The notes under the pieces are model-generated. The model was not told the origin of the DNA. It saw only the letters and a list, made by a program, of their open reading frames with translations, and did not search any database. A stretch of DNA of 24,000 nucleotides. Origin: Spiroplasma endosymbiont of Lasioglossum villosulum (lineage in GTDB: Bacteria; Bacillota_I; Bacilli_A; Mycoplasmatales; VBWQ01). Location: positions 414,299-438,298 of the forward strand of contig NZ_OZ026539.1 of the NCBI RefSeq assembly GCF_964020195.1, in the 5' to 3' direction. This document shows, piece by piece, positions 8,269 through 19,659 of the stretch (positions are counted from its first letter, which is position 1; the number at the start of each line of letters is the position of its first letter). Made by a program: the position numbers and the translations under genes.

Positions 8269-8853
8269 ATGAAGTTAATAGTTATTTTAATTATTATCAT
8301 GAGTATTATTTTTTTAATTGGTTTTATAATAATATTTTTTCTGAAATTAAGAAAAAAGAAAATAAAATCATCAAGGAAAATAAAATATTGTTTATGTGTT
8401 CCAAATTCTTATCATAGCATTATCAAGAATAGAAAGTTTAAAAGTAATAATGATTTAGTAAATAATAAAAAAGTTTTGGAAATGTTAACATATTTACAGG
8501 AAAGAGATATCGCTAATTATAATAATATTATTCCTACCTTTTATAGCATTTTAGAAAAACCTATCCAATATAATTTGGAAGCTAATAAAAATGTTAATTA
8601 TTTATTAACTAATATTGTTGATATTTTATGTCATCATCATCACTGTATAGTAAATCCCTTACATTTGATTAAACATTTGTTTAATAAATGTAATAATAAA
8701 TTACATCAACACAAAAAACATTCTCATTTTACTCAAGAGAATAATCATTCAGTTAAACCAACACATGTTTTTAATAAAACACAAACTAATGCTTCTACAC
8801 CAAAAACTAATGTTTCTATACCAAAAAAACATAATAAACATACTTTCTCATAA
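8269..8853 (+). CDS. Hypothetical protein with an N-terminal TM anchor; basic and His-rich
   Basis: Uninterrupted 194-aa ORF with RBS agggag upstream. It has an N-terminal hydrophobic helix, then HHHHC and HQHKKHSH patches. Confidence 0.55.
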   Translation: MKLIVILIIIMSIIFLIGFIIIFFLKLRKKKIKSSRKIKYCLCVPNSYHSIIKNRKFKSNNDLVNNKKVLEMLTYLQERDIANYNNIIPTFYSILEKPIQYNLEANKNVNYLLTNIVDILCHHHHCIVNPLHLIKHLFNKCNNKLHQHKKHSHFTQENNHSVKPTHVFNKTQTNASTPKTNVSIPKKHNKHTFS

Positions 8854-8940
8854 ATTTATAAATATTCCTTTACTAGTTATTAGTCCTAACTTAACAAAAA
8901 CGGAATATCTAATTAAATTCATAATTAAAATGTATTAAGT

Positions 8941-8976
8941 ATCTACTAATTTAACTTATTAGTAGATATTTTTTTA
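8941..8976 (+). terminator. Rho-independent terminator
   Basis: A 10-bp perfect stem, atctactaat/attagtagat (8941-8950/8958-8967), is followed by attttttt. Confidence 0.7.
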
Positions 8977-9051
8977 AAAATAAAATTTACTGTACATTAT
9001 TTTGTAATAGTTTATAATAATAAGAAAATCATTATAAATGGAGTGTAAAAT

Positions 9052-10986
9052 ATGAGACGAAAATTAAATTTATTTTTTACTACCAGCCTTTTATTAAGTT
9101 CTAGTATGTCGCTTTTAGCATTCACAATTGATACAAACAATATTAGTATTAATAATTTTGCTAACAACAATGTTGATACTAAAACAGCAACTAAGTATGC
9201 TAATGAAACCTCTATTGTTGGTAAATCGTTATTAATTGGTAAAAATAAAGGTTTTAATACTAATAATTTATTAAATAATATGTATAATCAAGCCCCTTCT
9301 ATTCAAATTGATAATCTTACAGGTAAGAATAATGGAAATGATTTTATTAATGATTGAACTAGCAACTTAGATGGTAATAGTATTAATACTATTCAGTCTT
9401 TATTTCAACGTAATGGTATTAATCAATCTAAAGTTGACACTATCGCCAATAATATTAATAGCTATAGTAGTTATCGTGACATATTGCAAATGGTTAAAAA
9501 TTATTTAAATAATTCTATTTTATCTAATGATGATACTGTTAATATGATTGATGGAATGTTAAAAAATATTAAAAATTTAATACCAAATATTAATGATTAC
9601 TTATCTTATACTAATTATATTCTAATTATAACTAATACTATTGATGAATTATTAGCAGATTGAGATCAAGAAGATAATTTTAGTGGTAATACTACTTTTG
9701 AAAAAATGCAAGATTATATGTCAAAGAAAGCGACATTTGCTCAAGCTTGAAATATTCCAAGTCATGAAAAGTGATACTATGTTAAAGATGAAGCAAAAAA
9801 TTGAAATTGAAATCAATTTTATGAATATATAGCTGGTGTTAATTTTAATTATATGTTTAAGTCAATATCAGGAAAATATATTGGTGAAATGATTAGCGAT
9901 AATATTAAATATGCTTTATGAGGTGCTGGACCTATTGGTTTTAATTCTGATAATTTTAATGCTACATTTAGTGAAACTCTTAATAAGATTTTAACAAATC
10001 CAGTGGCATGACCTTATTTAATAAAAACAATAATACCAATGGTTAAAAGCGAAGTATTAAAATTAACTAATCCAACTTTTGGCATTGATAGTATTACTTG
10101 AGATGATAAAACACTACTTAAAAATAATACAGTTCAACTAAAAAAAGTATTAACTATTTTTCAAGAATTAATATCTTCAAAAGATAATATGCTTAAATTA
10201 GTTACCAATTTAATGACCGGACCTTTTGGTGAAGATATTATTGCGAAAGCTACCTTTGCATGAACTGATTCATATTGAACATTACCTGAGATTCAAAAGA
10301 AATTTTCTTTTATTTCAGCTATTAATGATATTCCTCAACAAGTTGTTAATAGTTTAGAATCAGCAATTAAAAATGTTCTAATTAGTGACACAATTAATAA
10401 AATATTTGAGTTTACTAATAAATATTTAACAACAAATCCATTAATTGATTTAAAAGATTTAGTAAAATATTTAGATTTAACTTTCGATAGTAAAGATTTT
10501 ATTAATGCTTTAAATAATCTTAAATATATTATTAATCATCCAACAACAGATAATATTAGTAAAACTAAAGAAATATTACAATTATTAGGTGTTCAATTTG
10601 GTGGTGAAACTAATTTTAAACAAGATAGTGTTTTTGCAAACTTTTCTAATTGATTAAATACTTCTACTAGTAGTTTAAATTCCTTACTAAATATAATAGT
10701 TGATAAAACACATCATAATGGTATTCTTGATAATATGTTAAAGGACCAAGAAAATTTATATAAAGATATGTATAGTAAATATTTTGATATTAACAATAAT
10801 AGTTATTTTACTTTAAGTGATATTGCAATGAATACATTTAAACATGATGATGGTAGTGTTAGTGCAGTTTTAAGTTATAAAATTAAAAATAATTTAGATA
10901 ATAAAAGTTATGATATTACATTTAAAAATGCTAATTTTCTTACAAGTAAAATCTTTAAAATAAAGTTATTTCATATTAGTCAATAA
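9052..10986 (+). CDS. Large secreted/surface protein of unknown function (644 aa)
   Basis: ORFs 9052..9357 and 10735..10986 share one frame. I translated the interval between them and found only TGA codons (more than 12), with no TAA or TAG. The N-terminus is signal-peptide-like (MRRKLNLFFTTSLLLSSSMSLLAF). The protein is N-rich. Confidence 0.65.
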
Positions 10987-11139
10987 TTTTTAATAATTTT
11001 CTTCAATAATTAGATATTTTAATTTAAAAAGTATCTTAATATACAAGACGGTTATTGCATTTTTTCTTTAAACAATTTAAAATATAGATAACTTATAGAT
11101 TTAAGAAAAAGTTATTGGGGAAAATAAAGGGGACTAATT

Positions 11140-11226
11140 ATGAAATCATTATTAACAAGATTAAGTGTTTTAACACTTGCAACAACCGCAGGAATTTAAT
11201 CAATATTTTAAATACCATTGAAGAAA
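11140..11226 (+). pseudogene. Decayed 5' fragment of a DUF285-type surface-protein gene (signal peptide only)
   Basis: MKSLLTRLSVLTLATTAGI-stop. The leader from 11051 and the first about 85 nt of coding sequence align with 12354-12535 (the intact paralog). A 1-nt deletion creates the TAA at 11197-11199. Confidence 0.65.
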
Positions 11227-11229
11227 AAA

Positions 11230-11270
11230 AGTAATGTAAAGATTGTTGTTTACATTACTTAATATTTTTC
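11230..11270 (+). terminator. Rho-independent terminator
   Basis: The stem agtaatgtaaa/tttacattact (11230-11240/11249-11259) is followed by a T-rich tail. Confidence 0.6.
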
Positions 11271-11438
11271 TATTTTCTTTATTTTGAATATTGTTTTTTA
11301 AATGTTTTGATTTTATAATGTATATGAACAGACAAGAAATATGTGCTTAAATCATTAAGCCTGTTTAGTATTATTACCTAAATAGGTTTTTTTGTTGTTT
11401 AATTAGAGAAATTTTAACTTAGAAAGAAGAGTAATTAA

Positions 11439-12206
11439 AAGATAAATAATCAAGAACAGTATAAAAAAATTATTACTATTGCTTTAAATGCTATTGGTGC
11501 TGGTAGTCCTGGTGCAACTACTAAATTATTACATAATGCTCGTCAAGTTTCACAATGATTAAATTTAGCAAATGCTTTAAATAGGGGTGTTTTTGGGACA
11601 GTATTTACATTTTTACCAGATAGTAAAAAAGTAGCAACATTAATAGAAGTTTGAAAAATATTAACAAATACCTCATATATAGTTACAACATTAGATGTTA
11701 ATTTTATTAAAACAATATTTACTAAAGCAAGTAATTGAGATTTAACAATTCCTAATTTACTACCATTTATTAGTTTTGAAATATCTGCTATTTCTGGTGT
11801 TTTGGCTGGAACAACAACACTTACACGTATTTATTTTACTAATAAAGATTCAACAACTAATAAAATATTAAAGTCAATTGAAGATGGTTTTAATTTATTA
11901 TGTCCTTTTGCTGCAGTTATTGGAGGAGGATCATTATTTTGAACACCTGGTCTTGATTCAAAAATTATTGATCCAATTTTTGTTACACTTGATGGAGTTT
12001 CTGGAACTACTAATTGATTAATAAATAAATTTTGAAATGCTATTGATTTTGAAATTAATAATGAAAATCAGAGCATATTGGATAATGAAGAAAATGGTAC
12101 TTTATTAATTAATGATGAAGAGTTTAAGACAAGATGTAATGAAACAAATATTGATAATGATTCATCTTCATTAAACTCTGTTAATTCAGTTTTTGTTGCT
12201 AATTAG
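11439..12206 (+). CDS. Hypothetical protein, probably 5'-truncated (no ATG or RBS at the start of the open frame)
   Basis: The frame is open from 11439 to TAG 12204-12206 with 7 TGA=Trp codons. It contains hydrophobic/glycine-rich segments (ISAISGVLAGTTT, AAVIGGGSLFW). No canonical start was found. Confidence 0.4.
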
Positions 12207-12257
12207 TAATAGTTTTTTGTTAAATTTATTTGAATAGATTTTTAAAATTTAATAATA

Positions 12258-12296
12258 AAAAATCACTAGCATCTTTATTGTTGCTAGTGATTTTTA
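12258..12296 (+). terminator. Rho-independent terminator
   Basis: The stem atcactagca/tgctagtgat (12262-12271/12282-12291) is followed by ttttt. Confidence 0.75.
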
Positions 12297-12447
12297 TTGC
12301 TTGATTTGTTAACGTTATGCTAAAAGTAGTGTTTTGTGGGAGTATAAATATTTGTTATTGCATTATCTTAAAAAGCATTCTAAGATATAAATAACTTATA
12401 GATTTAATAAAAAGTTATTGAATAAAATAAAAAGGGAGGTTTTCAAT

Positions 12448-13290
12448 ATGAAAACATTGATTACTGCACTAAGTGTTTTAGCATTTGGAACATCTATTGG
12501 AACTTTAAATACTGTTTTAAATAAAACTCCACAAAAAATTGAACTTTTAGATAAAAAAACACAACAAGATACAATTTACATTGATAAAGATGGAAAAGAA
12601 CAAACAACTAATAAAAGAGATTTATCAAATATAAAAACTACTAAAATTACTCAAATTGGTTTTTATAAAAACCAACAAGGTGAAATTCAAGTTGTTAGAA
12701 TGCCAAAAACAATTAAAGAAGTACCTGACAAATTACCACCAGAAATAACTTCTTTAAATTTTATGTTTTTGGGTGCTTCACAATTTAATCAAGATTTATC
12801 AACTTGAGATGTATCTAGAGTAACAAGTATGTTGAGTGTATTTGCTGGTGCTACTTCATTTAATGGTAATATTTCAAATTGAGATGTATCTAATGTCACA
12901 GATATGCTTGTTATGTTTAATGGTAGTTTAAAATTTAATCAAGATCTTTCAAAGTGAAATGTATCTAATGTAAGAAGTATGAGTGGTATGTTTACTGGTT
13001 GTTTTTTATTTAATCAAGATTTATCAGCTTGAGATGTATCTAGTGTAGAAGATATGGTTGGTACATTTGCCAATACTTTAGCATTTAATCAAGATTTATC
13101 AACTTGAGATGTATCCAATGTAAGAATTATGACTGGTATGTTTGCTGGCTCAGTATTATTTGATCAAGATCTTTCAAAGTGAGATGTATCCAATGTACTA
13201 GATCACACTCATTTTGCTGTTGGTTCAGCAATTTCTGATTCTAATAAATTACCTAAATTTAAAAACTTTTTTATTAATAACACTATTTAA
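12448..13290 (+). CDS. DUF285 / BspA-like leucine-rich-repeat surface protein (Mollicutes family)
   Basis: RBS agggagg lies at 12433-12439 and the ATG at 12448. A signal peptide is followed by six 25-aa repeats of the type FNQDLSxWDVSNVxxMxxMF, the hallmark of the Mollicutes DUF285 family. Every repeat uses TGA for the conserved Trp. Confidence 0.8.
12781..13200 (+). repeat. Six tandem 75-bp coding repeats inside the DUF285 gene
   Basis: The motif tga(g/a)atgtatc recurs at exactly 75-bp spacing, at about 12806, 12881, 12956, 13031, 13106 and 13181. Confidence 0.85.
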
Positions 13291-13416
13291 TTTGATCAAA
13301 AGTATTTAATTTCTAAGTAATTAACTATAATAAAATTTAGAATAGTATAATAAAATATTATATTTGTTTTTTATAAAAGCATATAATATTGACAAACGGT
13401 AAGTTTAAAAAGTTTT

Positions 13417-13460
13417 AACTCATTTCTTTATTTTTTTAAAGTAAATGAGTTTTTATTTTT
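13417..13460 (+). terminator. Terminator-like hairpin, member of a repeated hairpin family (see 23330-23362)
   Basis: The stem aactcattt/aaatgagtt (13417-13425/13443-13451) is followed by ttttatttttatt. Confidence 0.6.
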
Positions 13461-13513
13461 ATTATTGTATGCTCTTTTATTTTACTGATTAGTCATACAT
13501 TTAAAGTAATCAA

Positions 13514-13542
13514 TTGCAATTATATGCCAAAGGTTATATAAT
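13514..13542 (+). promoter_or_regulatory. Sigma-70-type promoter of the mraZ operon
   Basis: ttgcaa (13514-19), a 17-nt spacer, then tataat (13537-42), about 30 nt upstream of the mraZ ATG. Confidence 0.7.
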
Positions 13543-13567
13543 ATGGGTAATAGTGGGAAAGTGTGGG
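13543..13567 (+). promoter_or_regulatory. MraZ operator: three (A/G)TGGG direct repeats with 10-bp phasing
   Basis: atggg at 13543-47, gtggg at 13553-57 and gtggg at 13563-67, between the -10 box and the mraZ start. Confidence 0.7.
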
Positions 13568-13574
13568 TGATATT

Positions 13575-14006
13575 ATGCTACTAGGACAATCATTGTCAAC
13601 ATTAGATGAAAAGAAACGAATGATAATTCCTTCTAAGTTTAGAAGTTATTTTCATAACAATGAGATTGTTATTGTTTCTAAAGGTTTTGAAGGCTGTTTA
13701 GTTATTCGTAACGAAATTGAATTTATTAAATGACAAGATAAAATCTTATCACAATCTGAAGGTCAGAAAGAAGCCAGAATTTTGGCAAGACAAGTATTTG
13801 CTAATTCAGAAGAATTAACTATTGATAGTAAAGGTCGCATTAATATTCCACATTCATTATTGACACTAGCTGATATTAAACAAAAAGTAATTATGATTGG
13901 ACTATCCAATAAAATTGAGATTTGATCAGAAACTAATTGAAATAGTTTTAATCAAGATACCAAGGATAAATTTGAGTCAGCGGCAGCAGCTCTAGATGAG
14001 ATATAA
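13575..14006 (+). CDS. mraZ: Transcriptional regulator MraZ
   Basis: 143 aa with two SpoVT/AbrB-like halves ([14 protein letters not shown] and [13 protein letters not shown]). It is the first gene of the division cluster. Confidence 0.9.
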
Positions 14007-14011
14007 AAATT

Positions 14012-14962
14012 ATGAATAATATCAATGCAAGACACATTTCTGTAATGTTAACAGAAGCAATTGATTTCTTAAATATTAAACCTGATGGTATTTATGTCGA
14101 TTGTACATTAGGACGAGCAGGTCATAGTAAAGTTATACTATCAAAACTTACCTCTGGCAAACTATATGCTTTTGATCAAGATCAAATGGCCATTGATAAT
14201 AGTAAAATTATTTTAAAAGATTTTAAAGATAAATATGAAATAATTAAAAGTAATTTTGCTAATATTCAATCTGAGCTTTTAAAAAGAAATATTACTAAAG
14301 TTGATGGTATATTATATGATTTAGGTATATCATCACCACAAGTTGATGAAGATATTAGAGGATTTAGTTATATGAAAGATGCTAAGTTAGATATGCGTAT
14401 GGATCAAAGTCAAAAATTAAATGCGTGAGATATTGTTAATAATTATAATTATGAGCAATTAAAAACAATCATTAAAAATTATGGTGAAGAAGTATTTGCT
14501 AGTAGTATTGCTAAAAATATTATTAAAACAAGAACTTTTCAACCAATTGATACCACTTTACAATTGGTTACGATTATTAAAAAATCATTACCAGTAAGAG
14601 TATTAAATAAGCATCATCATCCTGCCAAAAAGACTTTTCAAGCATTAAGAATTGCTGTTAATAACGAGTTAGAAACATTAAAATCTTCTTTAAAACAATC
14701 TTTGAAATTATTAAATTCTAATGGTAGAATTGTTGTTATTAGTTTTCATTCTTTAGAAGATCGTATTGTTAAACAAACTTTTAATGAAGTTTTAATTGAT
14801 CCACAAGCGCAATTATATGCTAAATTACCAGTTCATAATAATTGAAAAACAAAATATCAATTAATAATTAAAAAACCAATTACACCAAAGCCTGATGAAA
14901 TAAATAAAAATCCAAGAGCACGAAGTGCAAAGTTAAGAGTTATTACTTATATTGATTCATAA
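14012..14962 (+). CDS. rsmH: 16S rRNA (cytosine1402-N4)-methyltransferase RsmH (MraW)
   Basis: Motifs [29 protein letters not shown] and [10 protein letters not shown]. ORFs 14012..14428 and 14564..14845 are joined across TGA=Trp. Confidence 0.9.
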
Positions 14963-14983
14963 AAATGTTTGGAGGTGAACAAT

Positions 14984-16264
14984 ATGAATTTTCAAGAATT
15001 ATATGTTGTATGTCAAATTGAAGACTTTAGTTTAAAAGTTATGGTTAATAATTATGTTAATAATCAAATTCAGGTTTTATATAAAGAAACTGTTGATACT
15101 GAACAGTTTTCTGAAAATGGTGTAATTATTAATTCAATTGCTACAGGTAAGTTATTAAGGCAAATTATTAATAAAATTAATAATACTTTAAATATAAAAG
15201 TACAACGTATTGCCTTAACTTTACCTTCAAATAATTTAAAAATTTATCAATCACAAGCATCACTTGATTTTAAAGATGCTAACCACATTATTACTGATGA
15301 AGATTGTAGTAAAGTGATTGAAATGGCTAAAAACATTACTATTGATAATAGTGAAATTATTTGTTTAACTAAACCATACAATTTTAAAGTTGATCATGCA
15401 ATTGGTAATGAACAATTACCAATTGCTAAAAAAGGACAAGTTATGCATGTTGATGCTTTAGTTTATTCATTACCTAAAAGTTTATATAATTCTCACCTCG
15501 AAGTATTAACTAATGCCGAAACAGAATTGTTAACGGTTACTTTAGATCAATTTGCATTAGTATGTAATATTAAAAATACTGATTTTAATCGTAATACAGT
15601 TTTAGTTGATTGAAATATTAATAGTACTAAGATTAGTGTTTTTAGTAATTCAGTATTATTTGCAACAACAAATATTAAAATTGGTTGAAATCAAATAATT
15701 CAATCATTAATGAAGCAAATGCATTGTGGTTATGATAAAACTGAAAGATATTTACAAAAAATTATTAATATAAGTAGTAATTATTTATGCGATGTTGTTG
15801 TTGATAAGTATGTTGATGAGCAGACAAAATCTATTGTTCGTTTAACAAAAACTGATTTACAAGCAACAGTTAAAAAACAAATTAATGAAATTATTGCTTG
15901 TATTGAATATTTTCTTGATGAAGTTAGTGATAATAATAGTTCAGATATGGAAATTATTTTTACGGGAATTACTATTGGTTTATGTGGTTTTGCCAACTAT
16001 TTTAAAAATAATAGCAAACTAAAAGAAGTAAAATATATGCTTAGCCAAACTCCTGGTGCATATAGTTATCAGTGAACTACTTTAATCGGTAATACTCACT
16101 ACCAACATTTAGTAAATGTTTTTAGTAATAATTATATTTCATCAATACATAAACCAGAAATTGTATCAAAATTAAATCATTATACGCATTCTAATAATCA
16201 TGATAATAAGCATTATAATTCCCCCTTTCAACCAAATTATCAGTATAATGATGGTAGTAAATAG
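14984..16264 (+). CDS. ftsA: Divergent FtsA-like cell-division protein
   Basis: The gene sits between rsmH and ftsZ. RBS ggaggtg lies at 14971-77. ORFs 14969..15613 and 15710..16075 share one frame across TGA, ending at TAG 16262-64 (426 aa). The actin-fold layout is recognisable, but the nucleotide-binding loops are degenerate. Confidence 0.65.
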
Positions 16265-16299
16265 AAGAAGACAATTTGATTAATCAGGAGGAAAATAAA

Positions 16300-17454
16300 A
16301 TGGAACATAATAATTCACAATTTAAACCAATAGCATCAATTCGGGTAATTGGTATTGGTGGTGCTGGTAATAATGCTATTAATAGAATGATTGAAGCAGA
16401 GGTACAAGGTGTTGATTTTTATGTTGCTAATACTGATGCACAAGTAGTTAATGCATCTCCAGCTGAAAATAAAATTATTTTGGGCAAAGAATTATCAAAG
16501 GGACTTGGAGCGGGAGCTAATCCCGAAATTGGTAAACAAGCCGCAATTGAAAGTGAAGCAGAGATTAAACGTGCTTTAGATGGTGCAGATATGGTTTTTA
16601 TTGCTGCTGGTATGGGTGGTGGTACTGGTACTGGTGCCGCATCAATTGTTGCAAGAATTGCTAAAGAATGTGGTGCTTTAACAATTGCTATTGTTACTAA
16701 ACCATTTAAATTTGAAGGACGTAATCGTAATGCTCATGCCGTAGTTGGAATTGAAAATTTAAAGAAACAAGTTGATGCAATTATTATTATTTCTAATGAT
16801 AAATTATTACAAGTAATTGGTAATATTCCTCTTAAAGATTCGTTTAAAGAAGCAGATAATATTTTACGTCAAGGTGTACAGACTATTACTGACTTAATTG
16901 CTGTTCCTGCTTTAATAAATTTAGATTTTGCTGATGTTCGTACTATTATTGAAAATAAAGGTAATGCCTTATTTGGTATTGGAATGTCAAAGGGTGAACA
17001 TAAAGCTAAACAAGCCGCAACAAAAGCTATTTCTTCTCCTTTACTTGATGATGTGACAATTAAGGGTGCTAAAAATGCTATTGTTAATGTTACTGGTGGA
17101 ACAACAATGACATTAACTGATGCTAATATTGCTGTTGATTTAGTTCGTGATGCTGCGGGTAATGATGTTAATATCATTTTTGGTGTCGCTGTTAATGAAA
17201 ATTTAAATGATGAAATGATTGTAACAGTTATTGCCACTGGTTTTGATGAAGAAAGTGCTAATGCTAATAATTTTGTTTATAGTTCAAAAGTTGATAATCA
17301 TGAATTTATTACTAATAAGACTCAATATTTAAGCGAAGAAATTAAAGAACAAACAAAGAAAAAAGAAGAAGAACAACAAAATTTAGTCCAAGAAGCAGCA
17401 ATGGAAGCAGATGATGATTTACCATCATTTTTACGAAGACGAAAGAGAGTTTAA
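16300..17454 (+). CDS. ftsZ: Cell-division GTPase FtsZ
   Basis: GIGGAGNNAINRM, GGGTGTGA (the tubulin signature), NTDAQ, and the C-terminal DDDLPSFLRRRKRV peptide. RBS aggagg lies at 16286-91 and the ATG at 16300. Confidence 0.95.
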   Translation: MEHNNSQFKPIASIRVIGIGGAGNNAINRMIEAEVQGVDFYVANTDAQVVNASPAENKIILGKELSKGLGAGANPEIGKQAAIESEAEIKRALDGADMVFIAAGMGGGTGTGAASIVARIAKECGALTIAIVTKPFKFEGRNRNAHAVVGIENLKKQVDAIIIISNDKLLQVIGNIPLKDSFKEADNILRQGVQTITDLIAVPALINLDFADVRTIIENKGNALFGIGMSKGEHKAKQAATKAISSPLLDDVTIKGAKNAIVNVTGGTTMTLTDANIAVDLVRDAAGNDVNIIFGVAVNENLNDEMIVTVIATGFDEESANANNFVYSSKVDNHEFITNKTQYLSEEIKEQTKKKEEEQQNLVQEAAMEADDDLPSFLRRRKRV

Positions 17455-17460
17455 TTAATT

Positions 17461-17745
17461 ATGGGATGAAGAAGTAAAAAATATAAAGACAATGATGAAA
17501 ATAGTAATTATAAAACCAGTTTTCAAGAACAAATACAAGAATTTGCTCCTAAAAATTATCAAGAAATTGAATCAATTGCTAATGCTATGATTTTACAAAA
17601 ACCAATTAAAGTTAATTTAACAACAACTGTTGAAAATGATCGAAGAAGAATTATAGATTTTCTTTGTGGTATTTCGTATGTTATTGGTTTTGTTGTTGAT
17701 AAAACTGATATTCATATTTATGAATTTAAAAATGAATTAAGTTAA
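17461..17745 (+). CDS. sepF: Cell-division protein SepF
   Basis: 94 aa. MGWRS uses TGA=Trp. PKNYQEIESIANAMILQKPIKVNL...RRRIIDFLCGISYVIGF matches the SepF/DUF552 pattern. It lies directly downstream of ftsZ. Confidence 0.8.
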
Positions 17746-17764
17746 TCTTGAACAAATAGGTTTT

Positions 17765-17806
17765 TATTTCTTTCTAATAATAAAGAAATAAAATTATTTA
17801 TTTTTT
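17765..17806 (+). terminator. Rho-independent terminator after sepF
   Basis: The stem tatttcttt/aaagaaata (17765-73/17782-90) is followed by a T-rich run. Confidence 0.55.
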
Positions 17807-17835
17807 AAATTATTCTTACATTAATTTTAGAATAA

Positions 17836-17862
17836 AAATCCCTTCTAAATTAGAAGGGATTT
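17836..17862. terminator. Bidirectional terminator between the division operon and aguA
   Basis: A 12-bp perfect stem, aaatcccttcta/tagaagggattt, has an A-run on one side and a T-run on the other. Confidence 0.75.
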
Positions 17863-17890
17863 ATTGTTTTAATTTGCTTATTTGTTATTT

Positions 17891-19000
<1,110 letters not shown>

Positions 19001-19413
19001 AATTTCCTCCCCCTTTAAGTAGTACTATTTATAATAGTGGATTTATGTAACCCCTATTCTATATATAAATAGTATTTTTATTATAAAATATTTTATTTAC
19101 AAAATAAAATTTATTTCATAATAAAAATGTTAAAGTTAATTGAATCTGGTTTTATTTATCATTTTAATTAGTAAAATTAATGTAATATAAAGTATGATTT
19201 TTGTATATTATTTGCAATACGTTTTATACATGCTATTATTTAGCAATAGTTATCTCAAATATTAGAGATAAACTATATGCATTATTATAGGTAATTAACA
19301 AGAGATTTTAGAAATTGTTAATTAACTTTTTCAAATAAATTATAACTAATTTATTTTAGAATTGTTCCTTTGCTTATTTTAATGAAAATTTAAAATAAAA
19401 AAATTAAAAAAAT

Positions 19414-19475
19414 ATGTTTTTCAAGCCCATTGTTTTATTTTTAATAAAATAAATGGGTTTTTTATTTGAAAGGAT
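19414..19475 (+). promoter_or_regulatory. Conserved hairpin leader, copy B
   Basis: atgtttttcaagcccattgttttatttttaataaaataaatgggttttttatttgaaagga. The stem cccatt/aatggg lies at 19426-31/19452-57. About 85 percent identical to 2566-2624. There is no upstream plus-strand gene that it could terminate. Confidence 0.6.
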
Positions 19476-19657
19476 GTAAAGAAGTGCCTACAGAAAGTCA
19501 AGAAATAGGTTCTGATAATAAAAAGCAAAAAAATATTAAGCATTTTAGAAAAGAAATAATTTCTAAGATTACAAGTGCAAAAATAGAAAGAAAGTATTGT
19601 AAACAATTAATAAAAACAGTTAATAGTGATGACGTTACTATATTTTTAATAGTTTAA
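19466..19657 (+). CDS. Small basic ORF of uncertain reality (possibly the decayed 5' end of the following gene)
   Basis: 63-aa ORF starting at TTG 19466 or GTG 19484, just after the leader hairpin. No family was recognised. Confidence 0.3.
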   Translation: MKGCKEVPTESQEIGSDNKKQKNIKHFRKEIISKITSAKIERKYCKQLIKTVNSDDVTIFLIV

Positions 19658-19659
19658 TT

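Noticed and set aside
12781-13200. Regularly spaced 75-bp repeats that could superficially suggest a CRISPR-like array.
   Set aside because: The repeats are contiguous with no unique spacers. They are in frame and encode the DUF285 25-aa repeat. No cas genes are present.
15781-15996. A 71-aa minus-strand ORF inside ftsA.
   Set aside because: It is antisense to a conserved-position gene, with no RBS and no recognisable features.
16869-17237. A 122-aa minus-strand ORF inside ftsZ.
   Set aside because: It is antisense to an unambiguous ftsZ. This is a typical open antisense frame of a GC-richer, Gly/Ala/Val-rich gene.
19421-19606. A 61-aa minus-strand ORF across the leader hairpin.
   Set aside because: It is an F/L/I-rich antisense shadow that starts inside the hairpin, with no RBS.
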